40,201 nt of DNA from an uncultured Fibrobacteria bacterium (GTDB lineage: Bacteria; Fibrobacterota; Fibrobacteria; UBA11236). The stretch covers positions 1 through 40,201 of the forward strand of contig CBFGVC010000002.1 of the NCBI GenBank assembly GCA_965652255.1. Direction: 5' to 3'. The notes under the pieces were generated by a model. It saw only the letters and a list, made by a program, of their open reading frames with translations, had not been told where the DNA came from and did no database searches. Shown one piece after another: positions 17,841-26,207 of the stretch (position 1 is the stretch's first letter; the number at the start of each line of letters is the position of its first letter). The translations under genes and the position numbers were made by a program.

Positions 17841-18212
17841 CTAAGCGCGAAAAGTCGGCGAGGGACGTGAATCGGTGCGCGGGGATCCGTCGCGCGAGCC
17901 TTGGGGACGGGCGGGACGCGAAGCCCGCGGCTCGGGGACGGGGTCGAAGCCCCCGCGGCAAAGCGGTTGGCAGCGCGCGATGCGCGCGAGGGAGAGCCAC
18001 GAGCCGCGCAGCGGGCCGTGCAGTTCCAGCGCCTCGATGGCATAGTGCGAACAAGTGGGATGGAAGCGGCACGAGCCGCGGAAGAAGGCGACATGCACCG
18101 CCTGGTAGGCGCGGATGGGAATGATCAGCGCGCGCGCGGCGAGCCGCGAGGCGAAACGGAGGCCCGAGGAAACAGCGGAGGCGACCCCGGAGAAGACGAC
18201 CGCGGAATTCAT
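17841..18212 (-). CDS. yidD: Membrane protein insertion efficiency factor YidD (with ~45-aa C-terminal extension)
   Basis: The ATG at 18212 overlaps the rnpA stop by 4 nt (ATGA). The core reads IIPIRAYQAVHVAFFRGSCRFHPTCSHYAIEALELHG...ARCQPLCRGGFDPVP. Confidence 0.85.
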   Translation of the reverse strand: MNSAVVFSGVASAVSSGLRFASRLAARALIIPIRAYQAVHVAFFRGSCRFHPTCSHYAIEALELHGPLRGSWLSLARIARCQPLCRGGFDPVPEPRASRPARPQGSRDGSPRTDSRPSPTFRA

Positions 18213-18646
18213 GCCGCGCCCCGCGACAAGGGCGCCAGCAACTTCTCCGCCTTTTCCCGGAAGTCGGCGCGCGTCGTGCCGGCGGACTTCTCCGACACGT
18301 CGAACACCACCCATGCGGGACGCGCGAAGCCGGGAGCGCGCAGCCGGAAAAGCTCCCGCAGCACCCGGCGCATCGCGTTGCGCAGCGGCGCGACGCCGGT
18401 GCGCTTGCGGATCACGAAGCCGACGCGGCTTTCGGTGATGTCGTCGGCTTGCAGGGTGCGCATGGAGAGGGGGAAGTTCCGCGTCGCGATTCCTTCGGCC
18501 CGGACCCGCCGGTACATGTCCGACGGGGTTTTTCCGGAGCGGCGTGGGCTTCCGGACGCGGCGGGATTCCTTTCGGAGTTCCGTGGCGCGCCGGAGCAGG
18601 GCCCGCTGGACCGCGGGGATCGCTTCCGCGGGGTCGGGCCAGGCAT
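18209..18646 (-). CDS. rnpA: Ribonuclease P protein component
   Basis: ATG at 18646; the track start 18649 is a TTG. It lies 15 nt downstream of rpmH. The basic N-terminus, the RVGFVIRKR block and the position in the rpmH-rnpA-yidD-yidC order support the call. Confidence 0.8.
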   Translation of the reverse strand: MPGPTPRKRSPRSSGPCSGAPRNSERNPAASGSPRRSGKTPSDMYRRVRAEGIATRNFPLSMRTLQADDITESRVGFVIRKRTGVAPLRNAMRRVLRELFRLRAPGFARPAWVVFDVSEKSAGTTRADFREKAEKLLAPLSRGAA

Positions 18647-18661
18647 CAACCGGTCGGCCGG

Positions 18662-18823
18662 TTAGATGTCCTTGTGGGCCATCGAGTCGCTGACCGTCAG
18701 GCGCCAGCGGCCTTTCGCCCGGCGGGCGGAAAGGACCTTGCGGCCGTCCTTGTCGGACATGCGGGCGCGAAAGCCATGCTTGTTGACGCGCTTGCGGTTG
18801 CGGGGTTGGTACGTTCTTTTCAT
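18662..18823 (-). CDS. rpmH: 50S ribosomal protein L34
   Basis: [44 protein letters not shown] plus a 9-aa tail. ATG at 18823, within the longer ORF 18662..19114. Confidence 0.95.
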   Translation of the reverse strand: MKRTYQPRNRKRVNKHGFRARMSDKDGRKVLSARRAKGRWRLTVSDSMAHKDI

Positions 18824-18853
18824 GATAAAGCCCCTAGGGACGGGAGCGGTTGA

Positions 18854-18882
18854 ATTTAACTCCGTAATCCCTTTAATTTCAA
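18854..18882 (-). promoter_or_regulatory. Candidate sigma70-type promoter for rpmH
   Basis: On the minus strand: TTGAAA (18882-18877), a 17-nt spacer, TTAAAT (18859-18854). The -10 lies 31 nt upstream of the rpmH ATG, in a local AT-rich patch. Confidence 0.35.
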
Positions 18883-18887
18883 GGGTT

Positions 18888-19865
18888 ATGGGGGCTTCTG
18901 CCGGGACAATTCTTCGTCGGGGGTCGGGGGGCGGTCTGGGCCGGGACGTTCCGGGCGAGCCGTGGCTCGCCCCTACGGAATCCCTTTCGCCCCCGCGATC
19001 CATTGTGCGGGCCGTTTTGCGGCCCACGGCCATCGTTTTTTCGGGCGTGATCGGTCTCATTTTCGCCGCTTCCTGGGTGCGCGAATCTGTGATTCGTCGA
19101 AATTTCGCCATCATGGGGCTCGAAAAGCCCCGGTTTTTCCGCCTGCGGCTCGGCTTTGCCCTCGCCGGGAATCTCTTCGACCTCCTGATGCCCGGGCGGC
19201 TGCCCGCGCCGCGAATTCACTCTCGTTCGGTGCGCCACGCGGCGGCACTGGGCGGGGATGCCTGTAGGGTCGCGGCTAGCCGCGGCCCTACAGGATCGCT
19301 GTTATTGACCGCCCATTTCGGAAATTGGGAGGCACAGGCCGCCGCGTGGCGGGCCCTCGGCGTTCCGCTGCTCGGCGCCGCGCGGCCTATCCGCTCGGCC
19401 CGGGTGGCCGCGCTCGTTGCAAGGATTCGCGCGCGGCACGACATCCGCGTGGTTCACGCGGGCGTGCCGCGCGCCGCCCTTCGTCACCTGGGAGCGGGGG
19501 GATGCTTCGGCTTGCTCTGGGATCAGCACGCGCCGGATTCCATCCGGCCGGGCCGGTTCTTCGGCGCGGAGACGTCGCTGAATCCGCTGCCTTTTTTCCT
19601 GCTGCGAAAGCATCCCTGCCCGGTGTACTTCGGCGTGCTGTCGCCCGGGGGCGCGCTGCGGCTGGTCCTGTTGCTCGATCCCGTCCGAGGCTTTCGCGAC
19701 GGGTGGGAGGATCGCCTCGCGCGCCGCTATCACCGCGTGCTCGAGACTCTCGTCCGCGCGCGCCCCGCGCAGTGGCACGGCATCCTGCACGCGAGGTTCA
19801 AGACGCTGGGGAAGTATCCGGGACATCGGTCCTCACCCCCAACCCCGGGAAAGTCGAGACGCTGA
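18888..19865 (+). CDS. Lysophospholipid/lipid A acyltransferase family protein (LpxL/HtrB-like)
   Basis: An HFGNWE acyltransferase motif, an N-terminal TM ([16 protein letters not shown]) followed by RRNF, and the C-terminal [11 protein letters not shown] are present. The start is uncertain: ATG 18888 or GTG 19005. The last ~11 codons and the stop are supplied by repeat 19831..20071. Confidence 0.72.
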   Translation: MGASAGTILRRGSGGGLGRDVPGEPWLAPTESLSPPRSIVRAVLRPTAIVFSGVIGLIFAASWVRESVIRRNFAIMGLEKPRFFRLRLGFALAGNLFDLLMPGRLPAPRIHSRSVRHAAALGGDACRVAASRGPTGSLLLTAHFGNWEAQAAAWRALGVPLLGAARPIRSARVAALVARIRARHDIRVVHAGVPRAALRHLGAGGCFGLLWDQHAPDSIRPGRFFGAETSLNPLPFFLLRKHPCPVYFGVLSPGGALRLVLLLDPVRGFRDGWEDRLARRYHRVLETLVRARPAQWHGILHARFKTLGKYPGHRSSPPTPGKSRR

Positions 19866-20071
19866 GGCTACGCCCCCTTCCCCCTCTCCCTCTAACGCTA
19901 CGCGTGAGGGAGAGGGGGAAGGGGGGCGCCCGACTTGCGCCGAGCGCAGTCGAGGCGAGGGCGGGGGTTGGGGGCGAGGATCTTCGACGACAAAGAATCC
20001 ACAACCCGTCGAAGAAAACCTCCCCTCTCCATCCTCGCGCAGCGTTGGATGGAGAGGGGCCGGGGGTGAGG
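19831..20071. repeat. GC-rich nested-palindrome repeat, copy 2 (composite)
   Basis: The outer inverted repeat is cctcaccccc (19831-40) with gggggtgagg (20062-71). Inside are hairpins ccccttccccctctccctc / loop taacgctacgcgt / gagggagagggggaagggg, then tcttcgacg/cgtcgaaga, then cctctccatcc/ggatggagagg. The left flank is the reverse complement of the copy 1 right flank. Confidence 0.85.
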
Positions 20072-20139
20072 CGCGTAGCGACGAAGCTTCGACTCCGGAG
20101 AACCCCGAACGAAGGACGGCCCGGAGCTAAGTTTCCCCC

Positions 20140-20388
20140 ATGCACCCCTTCCTCCCGGTCCTGTCCGTCGTGTTCTCGCTTTCGGCCGCGGTCGCGGCGA
20201 TCTTCCTGCGGCTGAACGGGGAGCATCCCGAGGTCGCCGCGCACGCCCACTCGGTGCTTACCTTCGTGTTCCTGAACCTGCTCATCGGGGGCGGGCTGGC
20301 CTTTTGGCTCCGCCGTTTCGGATTGCGTTTTCCGAGCTGGGTCGCGATCCTGTCGCTGGCCTTGGCGGCGCTGCTGGCGATCGCCTGA
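20140..20388 (+). CDS. Small hypothetical membrane protein (3 predicted TM segments)
   Basis: 82 aa with an ATG start and three hydrophobic stretches. No recognisable family. Support comes only from ORF integrity and hydrophobicity. Confidence 0.4.
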   Translation: MHPFLPVLSVVFSLSAAVAAIFLRLNGEHPEVAAHAHSVLTFVFLNLLIGGGLAFWLRRFGLRFPSWVAILSLALAALLAIA

Positions 20389-20482
20389 AACCTCCCTCGA
20401 CCCCGCCGCCGGCCTGCCCCGGGGCATGAAGGTTTGTATAAATAGGGCTATCTTGCCCGCGACCAGCCCGTTCACATGCCGC

Positions 20483-22861
20483 ATGGGAGTTTTTTTGCGC
20501 GCCTTCCGCCTTTCGTCCCGTATCTTCCTGCCCGCCCTTGCCGCCCTCGCGGCGGTGCCGCCCATGCCGGCGCACTCCCAGGGCAACGCAGCCGTCATCA
20601 CCTTGGTGATGCCCGTGGGCGCGCGCCAGCTGGGCATGGGCGAGGCCGCCGTCGCGCTTTCCGACGACGTGTACGGAACCTACTGGAATCCTGCGGGCCT
20701 GGCGTTCGGGCCCGTCTCCAACGAGTGGGAGCTCATGTATCCCGCCGCGCGGGCGGGCGGCGCGCGACGCGAGTTCACCGCCCTCGCGGCCCGTCCGCGC
20801 ACCGGCTTTCTTTCGCGTCCCGCCCTTTGGGTGGGCGCGCGCGACGGGCTGGTTTTCTATGACGGTCGCCGCTGGCGCGCCCACCACGAGCATGTGCTCG
20901 AACAGGGCGAGCGGATACACGCCGTGGTGCGCCGCTACGTCGGCGGTTCGGACGGGCTCGATTCCCTCGTCGCGCTGGTGCGCGCCTACAACGACGTCAA
21001 CACACGCGAGGACGAAGAGGATCTCATATCGCTCAGGATCCCCTACGACCTGCTGTTCCCCGGCCAACCCGTCACCGCGCTGGCGCTCGACAATACCGAT
21101 CGCCTGTGGGTGGGAACCCCCGAGGGGCTTTTCCGCTTCGACGGACAAGGATGGAAGGCCTTCGACCGCGAGGAGAACTTCACCTACCTGCCGCGCGGCA
21201 CGGCTCCGGCCGACACCGCGGAGATGGACACGGCGGCGGCTCCCGGGGCTTTCACGGGCGCGGGCGCGCAGGCCGGAGACACCGCCGCCAGCCCCTTCCG
21301 CAAGCTGGGCGTGACGGCGCTGGCGGTTAAGGGCGCCACGCTGTGGATCGGCACCACCGACGGGTTCTACGAGTACCGCCAGAACGCCATGTTCCGCCGC
21401 GGCCAGAACATCCTGCCCACGCAGCGCATCACCTCCATCGCGGTGCACGAATCGGTGGAGGACATCTACGTGGGCCTCGAGGGCGCCGGCGTCGCTCGCT
21501 ATCGCCCTCCGCGCTCCGCCGCCGCTCCGGCTCGCTGGCGCGTGTTCACCGCCACCGACGGCCTGCTCGACGACAACGTGACCCGCGTGCTCGTGGATCG
21601 CTTCGGCCACGTGTACACGGCGCACCCCGAGGGCGTCTCGCATTTCACGCTGCGCTCCTGGGAGAAAATCCGGTTTCGCGGCCAGCAGGTTCGCGGGCTT
21701 TCGCTCGACGAGAAGAACCGCGTTTGGGTCGCCACCTCGGAGGGCGCCTGGCAGTTCACGCCCACCCATGCCACTCCCAAGGGCCGGCGCCAGGCGGAAA
21801 AGGATCGCGCCGCCGGAGGCGCCGCTTCCGAGCGCATGGGCGGGGATTGGGCCCACTTCCACGCGGGCAACGGCCTGAGCGACAAGGACGTGGCGGCCAC
21901 GATGGCGGAAGGCAACGACGTGTGGTTCCTCACGGCGGCCGGCGTTGAGCGCTACCACAACGCCAAGGCGCAGGTGGGCTTCTTCTACGAAACGCTTTTG
22001 CCGGTGCTCAATCTCGACGACCTCTACCACGCCTACATGGCGGCAACGTTCCCCATCGAGGAGTGGGGCACGGTGGGCGGCTTCGTCAACTACGTGTCGT
22101 TCGGCCAGAACCTCACCACGGGCGAGGAAAACAGCCAGGCCACCTTCAGCGCCTATGAAATGGTCGCGGGCCTCACCTACGCCACGCGGCTCAACCGCAA
22201 CGCGGGCCTCGGCATCAACGCCAAGTTCATCTACTCCGCGCTGAGCCGCGGCGTCACCTCCAGCGGCGAGAAAACCGACGGCATCGCGGCCAGCTATGCG
22301 GTGGACGTGGGCTTTTTGCAAAAGAACCTGTTCGGGGTGACCGGCCTCTCGTACGGCCTCATGCTCCAGAACATGGGGCCGGCGGTCTTCTACGTCGACC
22401 AGGCCCAGTCCGACCCCATCCCGTTCACCTGGAAGACCGGTTTCGCCTACACCCTCATCAACCAGCCGAACCACCGGCTCGTCGCGGTGGCCGACATCAA
22501 CCGCGAGGCATTCTCCCATTCCGGAAACAGCACCGATCCCTTCTGGATCGGCGCGTGGAAGGAGGTCGTCAGCCCCTCCGGAACGGACATGAGCGGATCC
22601 TTCAGCGACAAGTTCGGCCGCGTGCTGGCGGAGAACTCCCGCCGCGCCGTTTACAATACCGGCGCGGAATACGTGTACGCCAACGTGGTCGCCGTGCGTT
22701 CGGGCTACCTGCACGACATCAGCGGCAAGCGCCGCGAGCTCGACGTGGGCCTCGGCTTCATGCTCTCCGACATCCTGCAGATCGACGGCACTTTCATTCG
22801 CTCGTTCGATGACGGCATCCGCAACGGCCAGCAGCGGTACAGCATGATTCTTCGATTCTGA
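20483..22861 (+). CDS. PorV/PorQ-like outer-membrane beta-barrel with an inserted ~7-repeat propeller (two-component-regulator-propeller-like) domain
   Basis: The ATG at 20483 gives signal MGVFLRAFRLSSRIFLPALAALAAVPPMPAHS; the alternative start is 20426. The N-terminal GARQLGMGEAAVALSDDVYGTYWNPAGLA matches the PorV-family signature. Seven hWVGT-x-GL/F-like repeats follow (LWVGARDGLVFY, LWVGTPEGLFRF, LWIGTTDGFYEY, IYVGLEGAGVARY, VYTAHPEGVSHF, VWVATSEGAWQF, VWFLTAAGVERY). A barrel body then ends ...RYSMILRF. Confidence 0.75.
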   Translation: MGVFLRAFRLSSRIFLPALAALAAVPPMPAHSQGNAAVITLVMPVGARQLGMGEAAVALSDDVYGTYWNPAGLAFGPVSNEWELMYPAARAGGARREFTALAARPRTGFLSRPALWVGARDGLVFYDGRRWRAHHEHVLEQGERIHAVVRRYVGGSDGLDSLVALVRAYNDVNTREDEEDLISLRIPYDLLFPGQPVTALALDNTDRLWVGTPEGLFRFDGQGWKAFDREENFTYLPRGTAPADTAEMDTAAAPGAFTGAGAQAGDTAASPFRKLGVTALAVKGATLWIGTTDGFYEYRQNAMFRRGQNILPTQRITSIAVHESVEDIYVGLEGAGVARYRPPRSAAAPARWRVFTATDGLLDDNVTRVLVDRFGHVYTAHPEGVSHFTLRSWEKIRFRGQQVRGLSLDEKNRVWVATSEGAWQFTPTHATPKGRRQAEKDRAAGGAASERMGGDWAHFHAGNGLSDKDVAATMAEGNDVWFLTAAGVERYHNAKAQVGFFYETLLPVLNLDDLYHAYMAATFPIEEWGTVGGFVNYVSFGQNLTTGEENSQATFSAYEMVAGLTYATRLNRNAGLGINAKFIYSALSRGVTSSGEKTDGIAASYAVDVGFLQKNLFGVTGLSYGLMLQNMGPAVFYVDQAQSDPIPFTWKTGFAYTLINQPNHRLVAVADINREAFSHSGNSTDPFWIGAWKEVVSPSGTDMSGSFSDKFGRVLAENSRRAVYNTGAEYVYANVVAVRSGYLHDISGKRRELDVGLGFMLSDILQIDGTFIRSFDDGIRNGQQRYSMILRF

Positions 22862-23090
22862 TCCTTCGTACGCGCCTCACCCCCCGCGCCTCCGGCGCGT
22901 GCCCCCTCTCCGTCCTCGCGCTTCCGCGGCAAGACGGAGAGGGGGCACCCCTCACCCCCATCCCCCGCCCTTGCGGGCACCCCCTTCCTCCTCTCCTCGA
23001 CGCAAAGCGTTACGAGGAGAGGGGGAAGGGGGGATAGCCCCGAGTCCCTTCGACTCCCTTGGGGATGGGGGTGAGGCGCGTACGAAGGAT
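22861..23090. mobile_element. MITE-like non-autonomous element (repeat family copy 3)
   Basis: It has a perfect 24-bp terminal inverted repeat, atccttcgtacgcgcctcaccccc (22861-22884) with its reverse complement (23067-23090). TGA is present at both junctions (22859-61 and 23091-93). The interior holds two hairpins and no ORF. Confidence 0.7.
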
Positions 23091-23233
23091 TGAATTCGAA
23101 GGAACCCCCTGCGAAAGAATGGACGCGGAAGGTTCCCCCCACCCCGGAAAAAAAATCGAAATCACCCCCTTGAAACACTTTCCGTAGTTACCTTGATTCC
23201 CGTCCGACACAACATATTGGGTGGGAGGCCGCT

Positions 23234-23650
23234 TTGAAGAATGTGACCAAGCAGGACCTTATCCAGGAAGTCTCGCGTTCCAGCGGCCGTTCGCAGGTGG
23301 AATCGCGAGGAGTGGTCGAGGAGTTCATGAAGGTCGTCACGGACCTTCTCGAAGCCGGCAAGATGATCGAGATCCGCGGCTTCGGCACCTTCTACGCGAA
23401 GGAGCGCAAGCCCCGGCCCGCGCGCAATCCCCGCACCGGCGAGGTTTGCCCGCTGGGCGCCCGCCGGGTGGCGTTGTTCCGGTTCTCTCCCGATGTGCGC
23501 CAGCACATCCACGAGGTGCCCGAGTTGCGTGAAGCGTTGGCGGCGCGAACCCTCGAGGAGGAGCGCGGTGTTTCGCTTGACCTCAAGGGCGACCTTGAGG
23601 GGGTCGGCCTCGATAAATCCGCTTACCGGGAGCCCCGACCGGTCGCGTGA
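23234..23650 (+). CDS. HU/IHF family DNA-binding protein with C-terminal extension
   Basis: TTG start at 23234; an in-frame GTG at 23243 is the alternative. MKNVTKQDLIQEVS...IEIRGFGTFYAKERKPRPARNPRTGEVCPLGARRVALFRFS is the HU/IHF fold with its beta-arm. About 45 aa of extra acidic/basic tail follow. Confidence 0.85.
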   Translation: MKNVTKQDLIQEVSRSSGRSQVESRGVVEEFMKVVTDLLEAGKMIEIRGFGTFYAKERKPRPARNPRTGEVCPLGARRVALFRFSPDVRQHIHEVPELREALAARTLEEERGVSLDLKGDLEGVGLDKSAYREPRPVA

Positions 23651-23798
23651 CGGCGGTTATTGGCGTTTTTTCGGGGCGGCAACGCCCCCGGCGTCCGCTT
23701 CGGTTTCCCTTTCCCCCCTCTCCTCTATCATTACCGGTCGGTGAGCCGGAGTTCTTTGGGCAACCCCGTTCCTCGGTAGGCCAGTCAACCGGGGCGGT

Positions 23799-23817
23799 GT
23801 CCAAAGACTTTTTGGAC
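23799..23817. promoter_or_regulatory. Perfect palindrome GTCCAAA-N5-TTTGGAC upstream of P1
   Basis: gtccaaa (23799-23805), gactt, tttggac (23811-23817). It is centred about 58 bp upstream of the TATAAT at 23866. Confidence 0.4.
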
Positions 23818-23865
23818 AAAATGACCAGATTGCGGGAATAATGGATTTGAATTATTCGTGTTGGC

Positions 23866-23871
23866 TATAAT
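23866..23871 (+). promoter_or_regulatory. Candidate -10 box (TATAAT) for P1
   Basis: A perfect TATAAT hexamer sits in an AT-rich patch 99 nt upstream of the P1 ATG. The -35 is weak (TGGATT with an 18-nt spacer). Confidence 0.35.
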
Positions 23872-23969
23872 TGCCTGATATCCTGCCCAGAAGCGCTCAC
23901 GGAGCTTCCTGAAGCCTCCGTTCCTTCGGGGTGAAAGCTGCAAAGATTACCGGAGTGCGTAGCGAGAAA

Positions 23970-25079
23970 ATGAATCAGGTCGCGCGAAAACTCTCGAGCA
24001 AAGCAAGGTGCGCGGCATTCGCGGCCGTTGCATCGTTCTTCGCGCTCTCGGGTTGCCTTGGCGGTGGCGGAAGCCTGACCAACTTGCCCGCCAACGAGGC
24101 GACCTTGCTGAACCTCCACATCCGGTTGGGGAAGGTGGACGCATCGGCACCCGCCAACTCGGGAGTCCTGGGCAAAGCGGCGAACACGTTGACCAATGAT
24201 GAGCAGATCATTCTTAAGAACATGACCCTTCGCTTCACCTCGAACCTCAAGGATACGGTTTGGGACGTGGTGGACATGATTTCGGATACATCGCTGGGCG
24301 TCGGCGGCTTTCCCACCGGTGAAATTTCTGGCGACCGTTCCGTATGGGTGGACGTCAGCCTTCCCCCGCTGCGCTGGTGGGCCATCGAAATCAAGACCTA
24401 TGATATGCGTGACAGCGTCATTCATCAGGGAACGGTGACGGGCGTGTCCAGCAAGGGCGGGCAGACCGTGAATATCACCGTGCCCCTGCTGAACTCCCGC
24501 TTTTCCCTTTACGAGGCCCGTTATGTGCTGCCCGGCGAGATCTACGCGGCCGGGGTTCCCGAGGAGCAGCGCGTTTACCAGAAGGTCTTCTTCAGCCGGC
24601 TCGTGCTCGCGGTCGATGGAAAGGTCGTGCGCGACAGTTCCTCCTTCTCTCCAAGCATCACCTCGGCGGGCACGCGGTTCATCACCGCGGGAGACGCGTT
24701 GCGTGGCGCGGCGGGCCGGTTCTTTTTCCGCCCCGGCGCCGCGGGATCCGACACCATCACCCACCTGCAAACCTATCAGTATGTCGAGACGGGACTGCGG
24801 AGCTTCGATATCAGCGCCTATGGCTACCTCGAGGGCGATACCCTTGGCATGGAGCCCCGACTGTTGTTCCAAGGCAGCGCCACGCTGAACATCGCCGCGG
24901 GGGAGAACATCCAAAGCACGCCCGTGGTCCTTGCCTGGAAGGGGCCCGGGAGCTCGCCGAACGACAGCACGGTGACCCCCGGACATCCCGACTGGACCGG
25001 CGTGGGCATGAACGTGTTGATCGGCAAGACGGGTAAGGTAACCCAAACGATCGACATACCCGGGGGGCTGAACCTCTAG
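23970..25079 (+). CDS. Paralogous lipoprotein P1 (divergent family member, no propeller)
   Basis: The ATG at 23970 gives MNQVARKLSSKARCAAFAAVASFFALSGC with a lipobox. It shares the family blocks LRWWAIEIKTYDMRDSVIHQG, SRFSLYEARY and the C-terminal IGKTGKVTQTI. Confidence 0.8.
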   Translation: MNQVARKLSSKARCAAFAAVASFFALSGCLGGGGSLTNLPANEATLLNLHIRLGKVDASAPANSGVLGKAANTLTNDEQIILKNMTLRFTSNLKDTVWDVVDMISDTSLGVGGFPTGEISGDRSVWVDVSLPPLRWWAIEIKTYDMRDSVIHQGTVTGVSSKGGQTVNITVPLLNSRFSLYEARYVLPGEIYAAGVPEEQRVYQKVFFSRLVLAVDGKVVRDSSSFSPSITSAGTRFITAGDALRGAAGRFFFRPGAAGSDTITHLQTYQYVETGLRSFDISAYGYLEGDTLGMEPRLLFQGSATLNIAAGENIQSTPVVLAWKGPGSSPNDSTVTPGHPDWTGVGMNVLIGKTGKVTQTIDIPGGLNL

Positions 25080-25090
25080 CCGTGGCGGTA

Positions 25091-25106
25091 CGGCACGGTT
25101 TTCGCT
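25091..25106 (+). promoter_or_regulatory. sigma54 (-24/-12) promoter candidate for P2
   Basis: CGGCACGGTTTTCGCT has GG and GC at the exact canonical spacing (TGGCACG-N4-TTGCW). It lies 12 nt after the P1 stop and 43 nt before the P2 ATG. Confidence 0.6.
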
Positions 25107-25148
25107 CCTTTTTCGCTTCGTTGGGATCTGAGTCATCGAAGGGCTTTC

Positions 25149-26069
25149 ATGAGCATCAATTTTTTCAAAATTTCCGCACTTGCCTGCTTGGCCGCCTTCG
25201 TGGCCTTGGCTACGGGTTGCCTGAATGACAGCGGGGCCAGCCGGAATGACGAGGCCCGCCTGGTCGTCATGGCCGGCATGAAGGACGTCAACAAGGTCCG
25301 TCCTTTGGGGAAGACCTCCGTCATTTCGCTCCAGAAGCTGGTCATCACGCTGACTTCCAGCGTTCCAACGGATTCGGTTCGTCGCGACACGATCCTCGCC
25401 GACACCAACGCATCCTTCGTCTCCAACGCCACCATCGACCAGCAATTCACGCGTAACTATTCGATCAAGCCGCTGCGCAGCTGGACGATCGTCGTCAAGA
25501 CGCTCGACGCCAACGATTCCGTGATCCACTACGATTCCTCCGTGGCGGCGAACATGCTTGCGGGCGAGACGCGTCCGGTGACTGTCAACCTGGCCTCCCG
25601 CTTCGTGATGTACGAGGCCAAGTTCACCCTGCCTGACAGCCTGAACTTCCAGTTGTCCGGCTTCAAGGAGCAGCTCAAGGTGAACCGCGTGGTGCTCCGT
25701 GTGGACGGAACCATCGTGGCGGACTCCACGCGCAATCCGCGCTTCGAGCCCGGTTCCCCTTCGCCCACCATCCACACCGTGCGATTCGATTACATCCGCG
25801 TGAACCAAACCCCGGATGTCAAGGTCGAGTTCTACGGCAAGATCGGTAGCTACCCCGTCGATACGTTGCTCTTCGCCGTTGAATTCGAGGATGTGGATCC
25901 GGGCGATCCGAATCCCGCGCCCAAGGCACCCGATTATGTCGGCCCCAACGCGGAGGAAATCGCCGGCACCGCCATCGCGGGAATGGTGATCAACATCGGC
26001 AAGGTCGGCACCGTCGTGTTCAACACGAATATCAACGGAAACGTGTTCGGAAAGCCCTCTGTCGACTAG
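25149..26069 (+). CDS. Paralogous lipoprotein P2 (no propeller)
   Basis: MSINFFKISALACLAAFVALATGC has a lipobox. Family blocks are KPLRSWTIVVKTLDANDSVIHYDS, SRFVMYEAKFTLPDS and NIGKVGTVVF. Confidence 0.82.
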   Translation: MSINFFKISALACLAAFVALATGCLNDSGASRNDEARLVVMAGMKDVNKVRPLGKTSVISLQKLVITLTSSVPTDSVRRDTILADTNASFVSNATIDQQFTRNYSIKPLRSWTIVVKTLDANDSVIHYDSSVAANMLAGETRPVTVNLASRFVMYEAKFTLPDSLNFQLSGFKEQLKVNRVVLRVDGTIVADSTRNPRFEPGSPSPTIHTVRFDYIRVNQTPDVKVEFYGKIGSYPVDTLLFAVEFEDVDPGDPNPAPKAPDYVGPNAEEIAGTAIAGMVINIGKVGTVVFNTNINGNVFGKPSVD

Positions 26070-26086
26070 AGGGATCGCGACGAAAT

Positions 26087-26144
26087 CCTCCCGCAATACC
26101 GGGAGGGAAGACACAAGGGGGGCTTAAGGCCCCTCCTTTGTTTT
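26087..26144 (+). terminator. Tandem hairpins plus T-run after P2
   Basis: The first hairpin is cctcccg, caatac, cgggagg (26087-26106). A GC-rich stem follows at 26115-26138, then tttgtttt. Confidence 0.65.
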
Positions 26145-26207
26145 GGGGATGGTTTGGCCGGAGTGTTCGCATTCGGAGTCATTTTGACCATGAAACACTT
26201 GGGGGCG

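Noticed and set aside
19995-20003. A DnaA-box-like gaatccaca near the rpmH block (possible oriC).
   Set aside because: It is a single 7/9 match inside a repeat element. There is no cluster of boxes, no AT-rich unwinding element and no dnaA gene in the window.
19831-20071. Whether the GC-rich repeats are a CRISPR array.
   Set aside because: The copies are palindromic and dispersed (1063, 19831, 22861). They are not regularly spaced direct repeats with unique spacers, and no cas genes are present.
20282-22714. An 810-aa ORF on the minus strand.
   Set aside because: It is a shadow ORF antisense to the PorV-like gene, with no recognisable domains.
22899-23093. A 64-aa ORF inside the MITE-like element, and a similar ORF at 1184-1516.
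   Set aside because: The translations are Pro/Arg/Gly repeat-derived strings (…RGEGEGG…) generated by the palindromes. There is no start context or homology.
23862-23875. A sigma54-like TGGCTATAATTGCC upstream of P1.
   Set aside because: The GG-to-GC spacing is 2 nt shorter than the invariant -24/-12 spacing. The same bases contain a perfect TATAAT.
23865-26114. A 749-aa minus-strand ORF spanning P1 and P2. Similar minus-strand ORFs lie at 26346-27200, 27607-28995, 32366-33673, 33851-36385, 37491-39035 and 39102-39902.
   Set aside because: All are antisense to the lipoprotein genes. They cross plus-strand intergenic terminators and promoters, and they lack signal peptides or motifs. The plus-strand paralogy is decisive.
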